Below, in pieces: positions 1-15,462 of a stretch of DNA of 64,000 nucleotides. Numbering within the stretch: the first letter of the stretch is position 1; the number at the start of each line of letters is the position of its first letter. The notes under the pieces are model-generated. The model ran no database searches, was not told the DNA's origin, and saw only the letters and a program-made list of their open reading frames with translations. The position numbers and the translations under genes are program-made. Source of the DNA: the human T2T-CHM13v2.0 reference genome, Homo sapiens; the NCBI RefSeq assembly GCF_009914755.1, contig NC_060938.1; one strand, written 5' to 3'.

Positions 1-196
1 GGGTTCAAGCCATTCTCCTCCCTCAGCCTCCCAAGTAGCTGGGACTACAGGTGCCTGCCACCATGCCTGGCTAATTCTAGTAGAGATGGGGTTTCACCGT
101 GTTAGCCAGGATGGTCTTGATCTCCTGACCTCGTGATCCGCCCACCTTGGCCTCCCAAAGTGCTGGGATTACAGGTGTGAGCCACCACACCTGGCC
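1..196 (-). mobile_element. Alu (AluY/Sc-like), cut by window edge, inserted in THE1 LTR
   Basis: Antisense Alu consensus with GTTAGCCAGGATGGTCTTGATCTCCTGACCTCGTGATC; linker partly deleted. Confidence 0.95.
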
Positions 197-737
<541 letters not shown>

Positions 738-949
738 TGTGATGATACCCCATCTCTACTAAAAATACAAAAATTAGCCAGACATGGTGGCGTGCTCCTG
801 TAATCCCAGCTACTCAGGAGGCTGAAGCATGAGAATCGCTTGAACCTGGGAGGCGGAAGCTGCAGTGAGCCGAGATGGCACCATTAGACTCCAGCCTGGG
901 CAATACAGTGAGATTCTATCTCAAAAAAAAAAAGAGAGAAAAGAAAAAA
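738..949 (+). mobile_element. Alu (Sz/Jb-like) 3' part, apparent host of the THE1 LTR
   Basis: Resumes mid left arm (ACCCCATCTCTACTAAAAATACAAAAATTAGCC) directly after the LTR end; A-rich tail. Confidence 0.9.
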
Positions 950-1654
950 CCGTTAAAATAAATCACTGACTGGATAACTTGTGTGTAAAGGAGGAACTCG
1001 AAGCTTGAACTTCAGTATCTACCAGACAGGAGCTTCCATTCAAGAGATAAGGTACCTGAAGTCTCCAAGCACTGTGTCTGATACGTGGGTGTTCTGTGAC
1101 CACCAGTTGAATCTGAATAGCTAATGATAACCTTTCAGAGTAAGAATGTTTAAACCCCTCATTCCAACTATGGAGAAGGAAGGGTAACGTACTGAGCACC
1201 AAGAAGCAAAAAGGTTTTGTTAGGAATAAGTTGACTGGTGACTCTGTAAGTGAATAAAAATTGCTGGCTCAGGAAATAAGCCTTCAGAAGGAAACGAACA
1301 AGATTAAATAATAGGATAAAGTTACTCTATCTGGTGTGGTGTGTTCCATGAATATTTTAGCTCTTGTGAATGAGTAAAACTTTTCACTAGGAAGAAGATA
1401 TGACTTCCAACAAAAGTTCTGGGCAAAGTGCTTGGTTTCCACCTCTGCCTGTAACACAGAGGCTGAGGTCCAGCAGCCTTGTCGGTCATTCCCTTCATAT
1501 TCCCAACCCCTTCCCACACACCTCAGCCAGTCACCCGTGAAGAGATATTTCCATTTCCTTGTGAGAGAACAAAGTTATGTAAAGCTATTTTTGTGTGGGT
1601 AAGAGGAGGCCTGGGAAATCAAGTGGAAAGTAAGAGCGCTGTTTAATAAATAGG

Positions 1655-1850
1655 ATGGTGCTGTGAAAAGAAAAAAGGCTTTGGAGTTATAGACTGAGCT
1701 TCCAATCCAGGTTCTAAGACTTAGGAGTTAGGTGATCGTAGAAAAGTGACTTAACCTCTCTGAACCTCATTTTCTCCATTTGTAAAATGGGGATAATATT
1801 TCCTTCAAGGCTGTTGTGAGGATTAAATCTATGTAAAATCTTAGATATAA
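1655..1850 (+). mobile_element. MIR
   Basis: Core GTGACTTAACCTCTCTGAACCTCATTTTCTCCATTTGTAAAATGGGGATAAT. Confidence 0.85.
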
Positions 1851-2165
1851 AGTAGACCTTCAACTAATCTTAGTTTTTCTCATGATTAGCTGAAGACAGG
1901 GATCTGACCTAATTCTATTTTAGCTAGCTTGGTATTTCCTGCCTCCAGCAATGAGGTGAAAACTAGAAATACTGAGATTTTAAAAAATGAATACAGATTC
2001 TGTTCAGGGTCTCTAGGGATTATAGAATAAGGGAGGATTTAAATTTTTAGAAAATCATCAATTATATCAAATTATTTAAAAAATGGCCACTTACAATAAA
2101 ACAAATGAGTTCTGATGTTAGCTGAGTAGCAGTATAAAATATGATTTACATTTTAAGGGTGGAAA

Positions 2166-2221
2166 CTATCTTCTTTAGGATTCCCGGAAACAGCTGCTCT
2201 GGTGTGGTGTACACAGGAAGT
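2166..2221. promoter_or_regulatory. Candidate enhancer: GATA/STAT/E-box/RUNX/ETS cluster
   Basis: CTATCT, TTCCCGGAA, CAGCTG, TGTGGT, ACAGGAAGT within 56 bp; motif evidence only. Confidence 0.4.
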
Positions 2222-2880
2222 ACTGAAAAATGCTTGTTAAGTATTTTACAAAAGCTCAATTAATACATATTTATTATATGTACATGCATTTTTATAGCTG
2301 TTGTTTCTGTATCTTTGAGAATGAATCTTTAGAAAAAAAAATGTAGTCAAGGAACTTTTGCTAGGATTGCCAAGGCTAGGTTTGACCACTGATTCATTCT
2401 TCAACATTGTCAAGAACTCCTAGTACTTACAAAACAAGTCTGCCTGGGGAGGCAAAAAGATGAGAAGGAAGTAAATAACAATGTGAACTGAAGTTCTGTT
2501 AGGTTTTTGCTTTTTATTACATGCTTTTGAAAAAGGGTTTTATTTTATTTTTTTCTACTTGTGTTTTAATTTTCCTTAATAAACATATTAGCTTTATACT
2601 TTTAAACCCTAATCTCTTCCCTCCAATGCATGGACATACAAGCATGTATGTATACCATCAACACACATATAACCTTTACAAGATGCATTCTGGGCTAGGC
2701 TGAAGCAAACCTAAAACATCACATATAGGACTGACAGACTGAATGAGAAAGTCCTCATTTCATTGTCCTCTTTGGACTTAAGTAACTGTGTGTTAGAACA
2801 AGATCTAAAGAAGTTTGGTCCTTGCATCCTATGGTTATACAAACTGGCCTTATGACTCATCATCTTGTCCATAGTCTTGA

Positions 2881-3741
<861 letters not shown>

Positions 3742-4208
3742 GCTTCTACAAAGTTTGATCCAAAAATGTCACCCTTTCACTCCTGTGGAATAGAAATGGA
3801 GGGGGGCAATATGGGGAGATTTCCTTCTCTTCTGAGAAATGTTTTCAACTTTCAGCTGTTTCTTTTGGTATGCCTACTTTTGATATAGATTTTTCTCTCT
3901 CCTTCACTTTTTCTCACCTCTTGCCCAAGTCAGTGTACCTGTTTCAAAAATGCTCTCCCTATTCTTATTCAAATTCTAACCTGCTTGGATTTGTGCATAA
4001 ATAAAAGTATCAGATTCTGATGAAGAGACTGTGATACGCTTCTACAAATAAAACATTTTCATTTCAGGGAACAATTTCTCTGGCATAATGCCTAAAACAA
4101 AACATTTACAAACTAGACAGTGTTTAAAATAAGGATATACAATTGGTTCATCACAGAAAGAGCTAAAATGTATTACTTATGTAATAAAAACATTTGAGCA
4201 TCAGCTGG

Positions 4209-4563
4209 TTATATGGTTTGGCTGTGTCCCCACCCAAATCTCATCTTGAATTCCCATGTGTTGTGGGGGGACCAAGTGGGAGATAATTGAATCATGGGGA
4301 CAAGCCTTTCCTGTGCTGTTCTTGTGATAGTGAATAAGTCTCATGAGATCTGATAGTTTTATAAAGAGGAGCTCCCCTGCACAAGTTCTCTCTCTTTGCC
4401 TGCTGCCATCCATGTAAGATATGACTTGCTCCTCCTTGCCTTCCTCCATGATTATGAGGCCTCCCCAGCCAGGTGGAACTGTAAGTCCAATAAACCTCTT
4501 TCTTTTGTAAATTGCCCAGTCTCTGGTATGTCTTTATCAGCAGTGTGAAAATAGACTAATACA
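4209..4563 (+). mobile_element. THE1 (THE1C-like) solo LTR
   Basis: TATGGTTTGGCTGTGTCCCCACCCAAATCTC...GACTAATACA; 5-bp TSD GCTGG at 4204-4208 and 4564-4568. Confidence 0.95.
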
Positions 4564-4719
4564 GCTGGGCGCAGTGGCTAGTGCCTGTAATCCCATCTAC
4601 TTGGGAGGCTGAGGTGGGAGGATCACTTGAGCCCAGGCATTCAAGGGTACAGTGAGCTATGGTTGGCCCCCTGCATTCCAGCTTAGCCTGGGTGACAGAG
4701 TGAAGACACTGTCTCTTAA

Positions 4720-4752
<33 letters not shown>

Positions 4753-4768
4753 AAAACCCAAAAAAACA
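4564..4768 (+). mobile_element. Alu right monomer (FRAM/AluJ-like) with (AAC)n tail
   Basis: GGGAGGATCACTTGAGCCCAGG; TSD CATTTGAGCATCA at 4191-4203 and 4778-4790. Confidence 0.88.
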
Positions 4769-5320
4769 GGACGTTTGCATTTGAGCATCAAGCGCTATGT
4801 AACACATTATGAAGTCCTATATATTAGACATGATTTACTAGTCAGATGTATTAGTTACCACCTAGGGAAGAGCCAAAATGAAGGTAGATATTTGTAAAGA
4901 CAGTTTGATGACGGAATATTAATAAAAAGAATACCTACTCGATCTCCATGTCAATCTTCTAGTAGATTCACGTTTGCCAACTCTATCGGGCTGCATGCTG
5001 CTCCCAGTACTCTGAAGGACCCGCCTGGTGATGATGCCATCCAGCATCCACAGAAGCAGGGCTGCTTGCTCTGAGGGCTCTTTGTGAATCAGGCAGTGAA
5101 GGAAGGGTCATGAGATGGGTGAACTTGGGCATGTCTCGAGTTCCCACATCTTGCTTTAACAGATTTTCAGCTCCTTCTAACTCTACTAGTCATTTATTAC
5201 TGTTTTCTAGGGACAGCCCCCATCTCACAGTCACTTCTAAGTTTTTATTACCTTAGAATTGCTGTGAACCAGGAAATAAAATAACCAAGCATATTTCATT
5301 TATGTCCAAAATGGATATTA

Positions 5321-5606
5321 GGCTGGGCACGGTGGCTCATGCCTGTAATTCCAGCACTTTGGGAGGTCGAGGCAAGTGGATCACCTGAGGTCCGGAGTTT
5401 AAGACCAGCCTGGCCAACATGGTGAAACCCTGTCTCTACTAAAAATACAAAAATTAGCCAGGTGTGGTGGCACCCGACTGAGGCACAGGAATCGTTTGAA
5501 CCCGGGAGGCGGAGGTTGCCATGAGCCAAGATCGAGCCACTGCACTCTAGCCTGGGTGACAAAGTGAGACTCTATCTCAAAAAATAAATAAATAAATAAA
5601 TAAAAA
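5321..5606 (+). mobile_element. AluS with internal deletion, (AAAT)n tail
   Basis: Dimeric Alu; TSD ending GGATATTA. Confidence 0.95.
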
Positions 5607-5654
5607 GGATATTAATACTATTAATAAAATGACTAATTTAATACTGAAATGGCG

Positions 5655-5783
5655 GTGTTCAATGAATACAGACACTGGGACCACCTGGGATCCATCCAGC
5701 TGCTGGGTAGAGGGAGTCCTATGCTGGGTGGGTCATGGTAGAAGAGTGATAGTTAACCCAGTTAAAATGCTGACCTACTAATA
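5655..5783 (+). repeat. Copy 1 of diverged ~130-bp local repeat
   Basis: Aligns to 7572-7697 (33/38 and 25/28 identity blocks). Confidence 0.75.
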
Positions 5784-5889
5784 TGACTTTCATATGCAGG
5801 GGTAACTCCAAGGAAAGCCTCACTGGGTGCTCCAAGAAGGCCACTGCCTGGTCTGTGGGTGGGAGTGGGGGATGGTAAGAGTGGCCTCT

Positions 5890-6445
<556 letters not shown>

Positions 6446-6834
6446 TCACATTGAGTGCCCCCCTTTTTCTTTTTTAAATCAGTAAGACACTTTAAAATGA
6501 GAATTCTCACTTCTTTCAGCAAGGATTTTTTTTTTTTTTTTTTTGCCTTTTGGTTACAGAACAGCAGGAATGAGACTAGACTAAGGAATAGCACTTAGCA
6601 TATGATATGAGAATGTATTCATATGTACACACATTGAAGACTCTAGGACTTTGGAAGCTGTGGGTTAATATGAGAAATGTCCCTTTAAGAGTTAAACTTT
6701 GACCTGAGTTTAAAGGGCTGGAGGGGTCAGGAATGACTGGGAGGACATGGAGAATTTTAGGCAAAAACCACACAAGGAAGGAAGATAATCATCTAAATAA
6801 CTTGGATAACAACTAGGGAGGGGATGAGGTTAAG

Positions 6835-7330
6835 TGTTTATTAGTGGGGGGAAACTTTCAGAGAAAGAACCACATCCTCTGTAGCTTAAGCAAAAATGGG
6901 ACTTGCTTAGCTCACGTAAGTGAAATTCAGGCTAATCTTGGCTCCGGGTAGGGCTGGATTCAGGACTCAGATGGTGTGGTCAGGGAAGCCCTCCTTCCCC
7001 TGCCCCCTTTCTCCTGGTAGTTTCTCTCAAGTAGTGAGTTAAGACTCAGTGACCAGGGAGAAAGCTTTTTCTGAGAACCCCAGTAGCTTTCAGAGAGGTG
7101 TCTGGCCTAATCTGGGTCACGGTCCAACCTTCTCCCAGTCACTGTGGCCTTGGTGGGATTGGGGTGCACTGGGCAGGATCGGCTAGCTAAATCACATGGG
7201 ATTGGCTCGCCACCACCCAGAGGAGTTCTGCTCCCAAAGACAGGGCAGAGGAGGCTGAGCAGGAGCAAGGACATATCCACAGTAGGTAATGCTCTGCCTA
7301 ACTTCCCAACCATCTGCCAACACCCCATGG
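6835..7330 (-). mobile_element. MLT1 (K/L-like) LTR, degraded
   Basis: AGCTTAAGCAAAAATGGG..GCTCACGTAA, GGCTGGATTCAGGACTCA, GGCCTAATCTGGGTCAC. Confidence 0.55.
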
Positions 7331-7571
7331 GCAAACATACCTTCTGCTTGGGCTTGACACCAGCCCCCCGAGCCAGTCAACAAGACCCCCTGAAGTGACT
7401 GCAGAGTCTCATGATCACATGAGTTCCTGGAAACTTCATCTTATAGTAGGTAGTTGTCGAGAGAACTAAACGTAGAGAGTTCCTTTGTACCAAGAGGTTT
7501 GGAGCTAGGGCAGAATTCACAGAATACAGGGTCAGCTGAGTGAAGAGTGGAGTGAGAGTATTGCTCAGGCT

Positions 7572-7697
7572 GTATTCAATGAATGTAGCCATTGGGACCA
7601 CCTGGGATCTGGCTGCAGGTTGTTGAGAGCCTCGTGCTAGGTAGTTGGTGGTAGGACAGTTGGGAATTAACCTAGTTAACATGCTGATCTACTAGTA
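7572..7697 (+). repeat. Copy 2 of diverged ~130-bp local repeat
   Basis: Aligns to 5655-5783. Confidence 0.75.
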
Positions 7698-8662
7698 CCG
7701 AGCTATGTATGGAGCTTTATTTCCAGCGTCCTTCCCCTGTTTCATATGTGGTCTTCAGTTCAGTGGAATATTATTCTTTTTCCCTAGTAGAAAAATCTCA
7801 TGAATATTTTTAGAGACTTGCTTGTTTACAGTAGGAAAAAGCACACATCCTGTGCTTGACATGCGTCCTTCAAAGACTTCTGAGTGAGGAGGCCTGTGGG
7901 GCTGGGGCATGAACCAGTGGAGAGAAATAGCACAGATTACTAGAATGCTTTAGAAATCCTTTTCTGCTTCAGATAAGTGGCTAATTAAATTTGGGGTTGG
8001 TTATTGGAAAAGTGCCAATTATGGAAACGAGCATCTGTTGATCACACTTTGCTTCAGATGCTCGGCTCCTTGCTAGAGCCGTGTTGCAAAGAAAGCAGGG
8101 AACTGCTGCTAGCACCAAGACAAGCAGGCGTGGTGGGAAGAGTGATTCATTATGTTTACTTTCAGGTTTCCGTCTTGTAAAAAGATTAATTCAGTAGAAC
8201 TCAAATTCCAGAGAAAAATGGACCATTTATTGTGTTCGATTCAGGCTTAGGCACAGCAGGTGGATTTTCCAAATTGCCTCATCTGACATTTCCTAGAAAT
8301 GTAAGCTAACATTATTCCAATTTTTGGCAACTGGAAAGTTATATTTGAATATTCTACAAGTCAGTTGGCAGGACTGGAGATTTCAAACATTTAACCATCT
8401 CTCTTGAGCTTGATTTTGTCAAGTGATTTTTAACTGTGAGACAGTCCTTTTTTAGACCTGGAAATAGTCTCAGAAAACTTAAGTCATTTGCCAAAGATCA
8501 GTGAATAATACGTACATTAGAGCCAGGAAGTGCAGAATATTGATTAGAATTCAGTTATCTTCTATCTTGGAGTCATTTGTAGAAAATGACCATTATTTGT
8601 GATGTGTGTGATTTTGTTTGGCACATGAAATGAGTGAAGGTTCTTTTTAAAACAAAAATTCC

Positions 8663-8796
8663 TTTTTTTTTTGTAGAATAGAGATGACATCTTGCTATGT
8701 TGCCCAGGCTGATCTCAAACTCCTGGGCTCAAGCAATCCTCCTGCCTTGACCTCCCAAAGTGTTGGGATTACAGGTATGAGCCACCGTGACTGGCC
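8663..8796 (-). mobile_element. FLAM (Alu left monomer)
   Basis: CTCCTGGGCTCAAGCAATCCTCCTGCC; single arm. Confidence 0.9.
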
Positions 8797-9399
8797 ACGT
8801 GAAGCTTCTTAACAAACATCTTGTCCTGGCTTTTTTTCTTGGTACCTCTAACGCTTGCTTACTGTGGTGTCTGCCTTTGGTAAGGCCCTTGCCATAAGTG
8901 AGCATGGAAAGCTGCAAATCACATGTTCTCTTCTGGATGTACACTTTCCTGCTGTGTTGGGCAGATCCAACAGGCAAATCCACTTTTCAACAATAATACC
9001 ATATTCAAGGTAATGACATCCTTTGATCTTTTCAATTGGAAATGGTAAACCTAAGCAAATTAAATGCAAGCAAACACCATCAGTTAATTATTTCTTAATT
9101 GTTAGGCATGTCTGGTCTTCACCAGTTGTCTCTAAGATACCATTTTACTTCCCTATTATAACATGTTTTTCTCTACTTCTTTGGAGTTTCTCTAGTAAAT
9201 AATCTTTAGGTTATTCTTGAGTGTTTTTGCTTGTTTGTTTTCATGGGTATCATAGATTTTCCCTGTATTACTCTATATCTTTGGGGTTATTTACTGTAAC
9301 TGCAGTCTTTTTGTGATTATAGAATTTCTGATATTTGAAAATAACTTTTAGGTAGATAAAATGCAGACATTTTCTAGGGATGGGGAGTGAGGGGTTAGA

Positions 9400-10200
9400 G
9401 ATGAGACAAGACAGTGGATGAGTTTGGATTTAGACTTCTTTATTTAGGGGCCCTCTGGGACACCCAGGTGGATATGGCCAAAATGCACTTGGAGATGGTC
9501 CGGGACTCAGAAGACAGTTCAGGGCTAGAGATAAATATTTGGAATTACTAGCTTATAAGTAATATGTGAAACTGTGAGAATAGATGTAACATCCAAAGGA
9601 GGAAGCATAAGTTGAAAAAGGTTGATATTAAGGGCTGGGTAGAGAAAGATGATGTGAGTGGTCATAGAAACAGGAGATTTGGGGAAGAGCGCTGTTTTGG
9701 AAGTCAAGGCCAAGGTTGAGATAAGAGTCTGGCCATCAAGCAGTCACTGGCCTCAAAAAGCAATTTTGTGAGGCTGGGTGTGGTGGCTCATGCCTGTAAT
9801 TCCAGCACTTTGATAGTCTGAGGCGGGCAGATCATTTGAAGTCAGGAGTTCGAGACCAGCCTAGCCAACATGGTGAAACACCATCTTTATTAAAAATACA
9901 AAAATTAGTGGGGCATGGTGATGGGCGCTTGTAATCCTAGCTACTCGGGAGGCTGAGGCAGGAGAATCGCTTGAACCTGGGAGGTGGAGGTTTCAGTGAG
10001 CTGAGATCACGTCACTGCACTCCAGCTTGGGTGACACAGTGAGACTCCATCTCAAAAAAAAAAAAGAACAATTCTGTGGAGTGGAGCAACTGAAAGCCAC
10101 ACTCCAGTGGGTTGAGGCACAAATAGCTGCTCAGGGAGATTGTCAGTGAGAAGGTGAGTAGACTGAGCAGTTTTTCATGATGGAGTGTTGACCATGTTTC
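9400..10200 (-). mobile_element. L2 fragment split by Alu
   Basis: GACACCCAGGTGGA...GGGCTAGAGATAAATATTTGGAA, typical L2 3' region. Confidence 0.6.
9772..10065 (+). mobile_element. AluS
   Basis: Full dimer; TSD ~CAATT(T/C)TGTG. Confidence 0.96.
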
Positions 10201-10385
10201 TTAGGGAGAAAAGGAAGAGGGAGATTTGTAACAAGGGAAAGAACAGAGAAAGAAGGGAGTGGGGCCTATCGATGGCTTGAGGTTTCAGGGATGTGGGGAT
10301 AGCATCAGGAGAGCAGTGGTGAGTCTAGGAGGAGGGTACACATTCCTTCAGCTGGAACAAAGAATGCAAGTGAAAATATAAGCTG

Positions 10386-10913
<528 letters not shown>

Positions 10914-11050
10914 TTATCCTGATGCCCTCTTCTTTCTCAATGAAGCAAAAGGCTGGGTCACCGCCTGAGTGTGAAAGGAGTTTGGGAGCATCTTTAGAAA
11001 TTAAAATATATGATGCACCTAGCTTTTGTGGACCCCATATATTACATTTC

Positions 11051-11316
11051 TTTTTTTTTTTTTTAGACAGAGTCTTGCTCTGTTACCCAAGCTGGAGTGC
11101 AGTGGCACGATCTCGGCTCACTGCAAACTTGCCTCCTGGGTGCAAGCAATTTTCGTGCTTCAGCCTCCTGAGTAGCTGGGGTTACAGGCGCCCTCCACCA
11201 TGCCCAGCTAATTTTTGTATTTTTTAGTAGAGACGGGGTTTCACCATGTTGGCCAGGCTGGTCTTGAATCTTGACCTCAGGTGATCCGCCGGCCTCGGCC
11301 TCCCAAAATGTTGGGA
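11051..11316 (-). mobile_element. AluSx-like, slightly 5' truncated
   Basis: TSD TACATTTC. Confidence 0.95.
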
Positions 11317-13539
11317 TACATTTCCATTTTGGAATCTAAGTCATTTTTCACTTTCTTCTGAACCCAAGAAACATAACGTGTAAGAGCCAACAGCTTATAC
11401 CAAAAGTCATGCAAATGCTAAGGTCTCAGTCCTGCTTGGAAAACTCACCCTGGGAATTTCTGACCAGCTAAGAGTTTGCCTTCAGATGTGTCTCTTGGTC
11501 TAATATAGTAAATCTATGCCAACCTATGCAGGTTTTATTGATGTGAAGATTGATGGCTGAGTAATTTATACCTTAACTAACCTGATAAGTTGACTCACTC
11601 TTTGAGAATGTTGTATCTTCTATGGAGAGAGAGTGAGAACTCCTTGGGGTAGGGAGGTCCCCTGAGAACTGTTAGTGTTCCTGATGTAATAATATGTCTG
11701 AAAGCCTTTTATTATGGAGTGAGTGTGACAGTTAAGGAACGGAAAGAAAGAAATGTGAGTCACACAAAATCCCCATTCCAAGTTCTGTAGCCATTGTCAA
11801 TCATATTCAGGAAAATGTTGTAAGGAACTTAAATATTATATACTCTATTTATATTTTATATAATCTTTATAAATGCTATATACTTTAGCTTCACCTCTGA
11901 TGGAAAAAGAGACATATGTGTAGTTTCACTTTCCTCTTCTATTTTATTATGCTTGCACTAAATGAGGCAGAAACACCTTAGCAGAGTGATTGGCCATGAG
12001 GGAGGGGACATGGGAGGGGATGTCGGCTTCTGCAGTGCAGAGGAGCCCTCAGAATTTAAAATTTTGCTCTATTTTCCTTTGAGATGTCTTACCTTTGCCC
12101 CAGGTTTCCCATTTCAGAGCATAATGTGGAGCAGGCTCACCCTACACGGGCACAGAATTCTGCAGGAGCTTGCCTGTTCTTGTCCTGGCTCCACACCGCT
12201 CCTCAGGGTTGGGTACAAAGTAGCTTTCCAAACCTCAGGTATGACCAGCCAGAACCTGTTTATTGCTGGCCACTGGCCAACTTTGAGGGCACTGGTACTG
12301 TGGCTCCCAAGATCCTGCTAATGGGCATGTTCAGTTACACACAGGCTGGGGATGGCCAACAGTAGTACAGCCTGGAGGATTTTGCACTTCCTTTGGCTGA
12401 ACTAACAACATGAGACCCTTAAATACAGATCAAGCTAAGTGAAAAAGTTAAGGAAAATTAAAACAAGAAGCATTGGAAAGATTTTGCCTTTACTTAAAAT
12501 TCCCCAACATTTTCCTTTTAAAAGAAAATTAGCTAACCAGCTTTTAGTGGTCATTTATGGCTTATAAATACTTTCTAAGACTTTGTGTCACTTCCTGTTG
12601 CACAAATGGCAGGTTGGAATGTGCCCTTAGATCTCACCTAGTATTTCCCTTTCCAGAGCATCTGTCTCCTCTATCATTCCTGGATCCTGAAAAACCTCCA
12701 GAAGAAAGGAGATGCTTTTGCGAGACACAGATCCCAAGGCTCCCCCTACTCCAGTGCTACCAGATGTAAGAGAAGACCCCTTTCCTGCCTGGACCTATGC
12801 CACAGGCTGTATCTGTTCACCACACTCATCACCCAAAGCTGGAGAAGCAGCAAGGAGCAATCACAGATGTGGGGTGATGTGTCCCCACCATTGTCATGAT
12901 CCTTTGGACGTATCTTCCTCCTGTACACTTGAGCAGATTTGGAGACAGTCTATGAACATGTTTTTTTCCCCTGTTTTTATCAAGTGTTCTCTGTTTTCTA
13001 CTGAATCTTCAAACACAGCTTGTGTCTTATTTTCTGTTGGATGTATCGAGAATAGTATTTTCCCACTTCTGAAGAGCTTAAAAAATAGGCCATACTTCTG
13101 TTTTTCTGAGAATGTAGTTCTGCCTATAAGTGGGGAGATGAAAATAGCCTTCTAAATCTGTGGTCCTTAAGTTTATCTTCCCTCTTAACTTCACCAGGGA
13201 GCCAACAGCACCCATGTGCCTCAGGGTGGAGGTAAGAGTGAGAGATGAAGTGCAAAAGGTTGTTCAAACTTAAGTGCCTGGCAAGTCTTTTGGTCCCTGA
13301 GCCTGGGGAATTGCTATAGAAATCTAATCAGAGAAAGCAATCCAGGGCCAATGGGCAGGGCCAAGTACTGGGCAGGAATCAGGGTCATGGGTTACAAATT
13401 CATTTGAGAGTGAAATTATGAGCTTGCATAAAACTTTTATAGGGCTTGATCCTGGGAAATAGGTGAGTACCTTTACAAGGTAGTTAACTGAAAGCTGGAG
13501 TTTTCAAGACTTTAACGCTTTTTTCTTCTCCTTAAGTGG

Positions 13540-14012
13540 TTGGGAATGTGGTGGACATTTGTTAAGTGTGTTTATTTTTTGTTCAGCTTCCCTTCTTCCA
13601 ATCACAGTTTTGGTGTGACACAGTATTCTACATTGTGTTCACGGCCAACCCCCTCCCTCTATTCAGGGACCTCCAGGGAATGGTGCAGGACTCAAGCTCA
13701 GCCAGTCAGAGCCTCCTTTCTGGACCTTGAATATCAAGGGAAGAAGCAGAGGGTGAAAAATAGTTCAGAGGACGCTAGTGGTGGCAGTGTCATCTGTGGG
13801 CAGCAGTGAGGTGCTGGCAGGGGCAGACTGTCCTGTGGAATGACCTGGGCCATGCTCCTCCGTGCCCATTCTCTCTTGGTTTCCAGCCATTTTCCTGATC
13901 CTTGTTCTCTAGCCCTCCCATCCATCTTGTGAACTATTCAGTATCCTTCTAATACATTCCAGCTTAAATCAAATTAGTCAGGGCTGGTTTCTGTTGCTTG
14001 CAACCAAGAATT
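13540..14012 (+). mobile_element. ERVL LTR (LTR33-like)
   Basis: 3' end GGTTTCTGTTGCTTGCAACCAAGAA with upstream CCTTCTAATACATTCC. Confidence 0.6.
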
Positions 14013-15145
14013 ATATTGGGCCATCTGATGTTCCTATCCTCAAATCTAAAGAGATGTTTCCAGTGTTGCTAGTTGGAGTCTACTTAGAATGGTCTGGCAG
14101 CAAGCATGGTATGTCCCTCTATGTGAAAGGAGCTGTACTTAGAGATTTTAAGACCAATCTAGAGTCTAGGGTTTCCAGCATGTTTCCCAAGTGGACCCAA
14201 CTAATTTGATGTAGAGAGAAATTCCACTGAGTATGGACTCCAAATAGTCAATGTTTGTAGGTATGAAGCCCAAGCCACAAACCTAGGTGGCAAGAGATGG
14301 TGAGTTTCTTCATGTATTTAAATCAACTTAATTTCAACTTTACCTTTTCCTACCTAGCAAGAAGGAAATATATTCCCAGGCACACTTGACTTCCCCCAGA
14401 ACCTCCTCACCCCAAAAGTTGTTTGGAAACCCAGTGTCTCTAGTGCCAGCATGTGGGGAGGCCCTCTGGGCATCAGTCACCAGACTGGATTGGTGGCTGC
14501 TGAAACATCCATTGTCCTGGCCAGTGTGGTCCCTTCAAACCTAGTAGCTCTGTTTCTCCCCCTGCAGTGTTTGAAGCATGGGAATCTCTAGCAAGGCTGT
14601 TCCCTAGACCTCTGTCTCCCTAGGTGTGCCACAAAACAAAGCCTTTGAAGATTTGATCACCTCCCTAAGGCATGATTAGTCCACTTAGTGGGGAGGACTC
14701 TAGTCCCAGATACTTGAGGAATCTATAGATTTCTGTCCCTCCTTGTTTCCAGGAATCTGTTAGCCTGATGAACATCCCACTTTCTTCATAGTTCCCTTAC
14801 AGGATTCCCTATAACTACCTAATAAGTTAATTAATAGCTTAAGCTTGTGAAAACAAAATTCAAGAAGGAAAATGTCCTGCAGGCAGCTTTTGCTTTCTGC
14901 CTTGCTACAAACCTCCTTTGAGGCAAAGATGCACAGAGCCTGTTCCTTGTTCAAATGGGAGAAGGGAGATGGGTCACTACATAGGATGGAAGGAAAATTT
15001 TTAAAAAATAAGCAATTTTTTAAAAGTCTTGTCAACAACAGCTAAAATTAATGAGGGGAAAAATAAAACAGAAGTTCTGAAAGGCTATCCACTGCCAAAG
15101 ACAAGGATTAGTAGAATTTGTATTTGGTGTCACCATCATCTGTGA

Positions 15146-15462
<317 letters not shown>

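Noticed and set aside
5016-5050. Possible third copy of the 130-bp repeat (GGACCCGCCTGG..CCATCCAGC)
   Set aside because: Similarity is limited to ~25 gapped bases and the flanks do not align.
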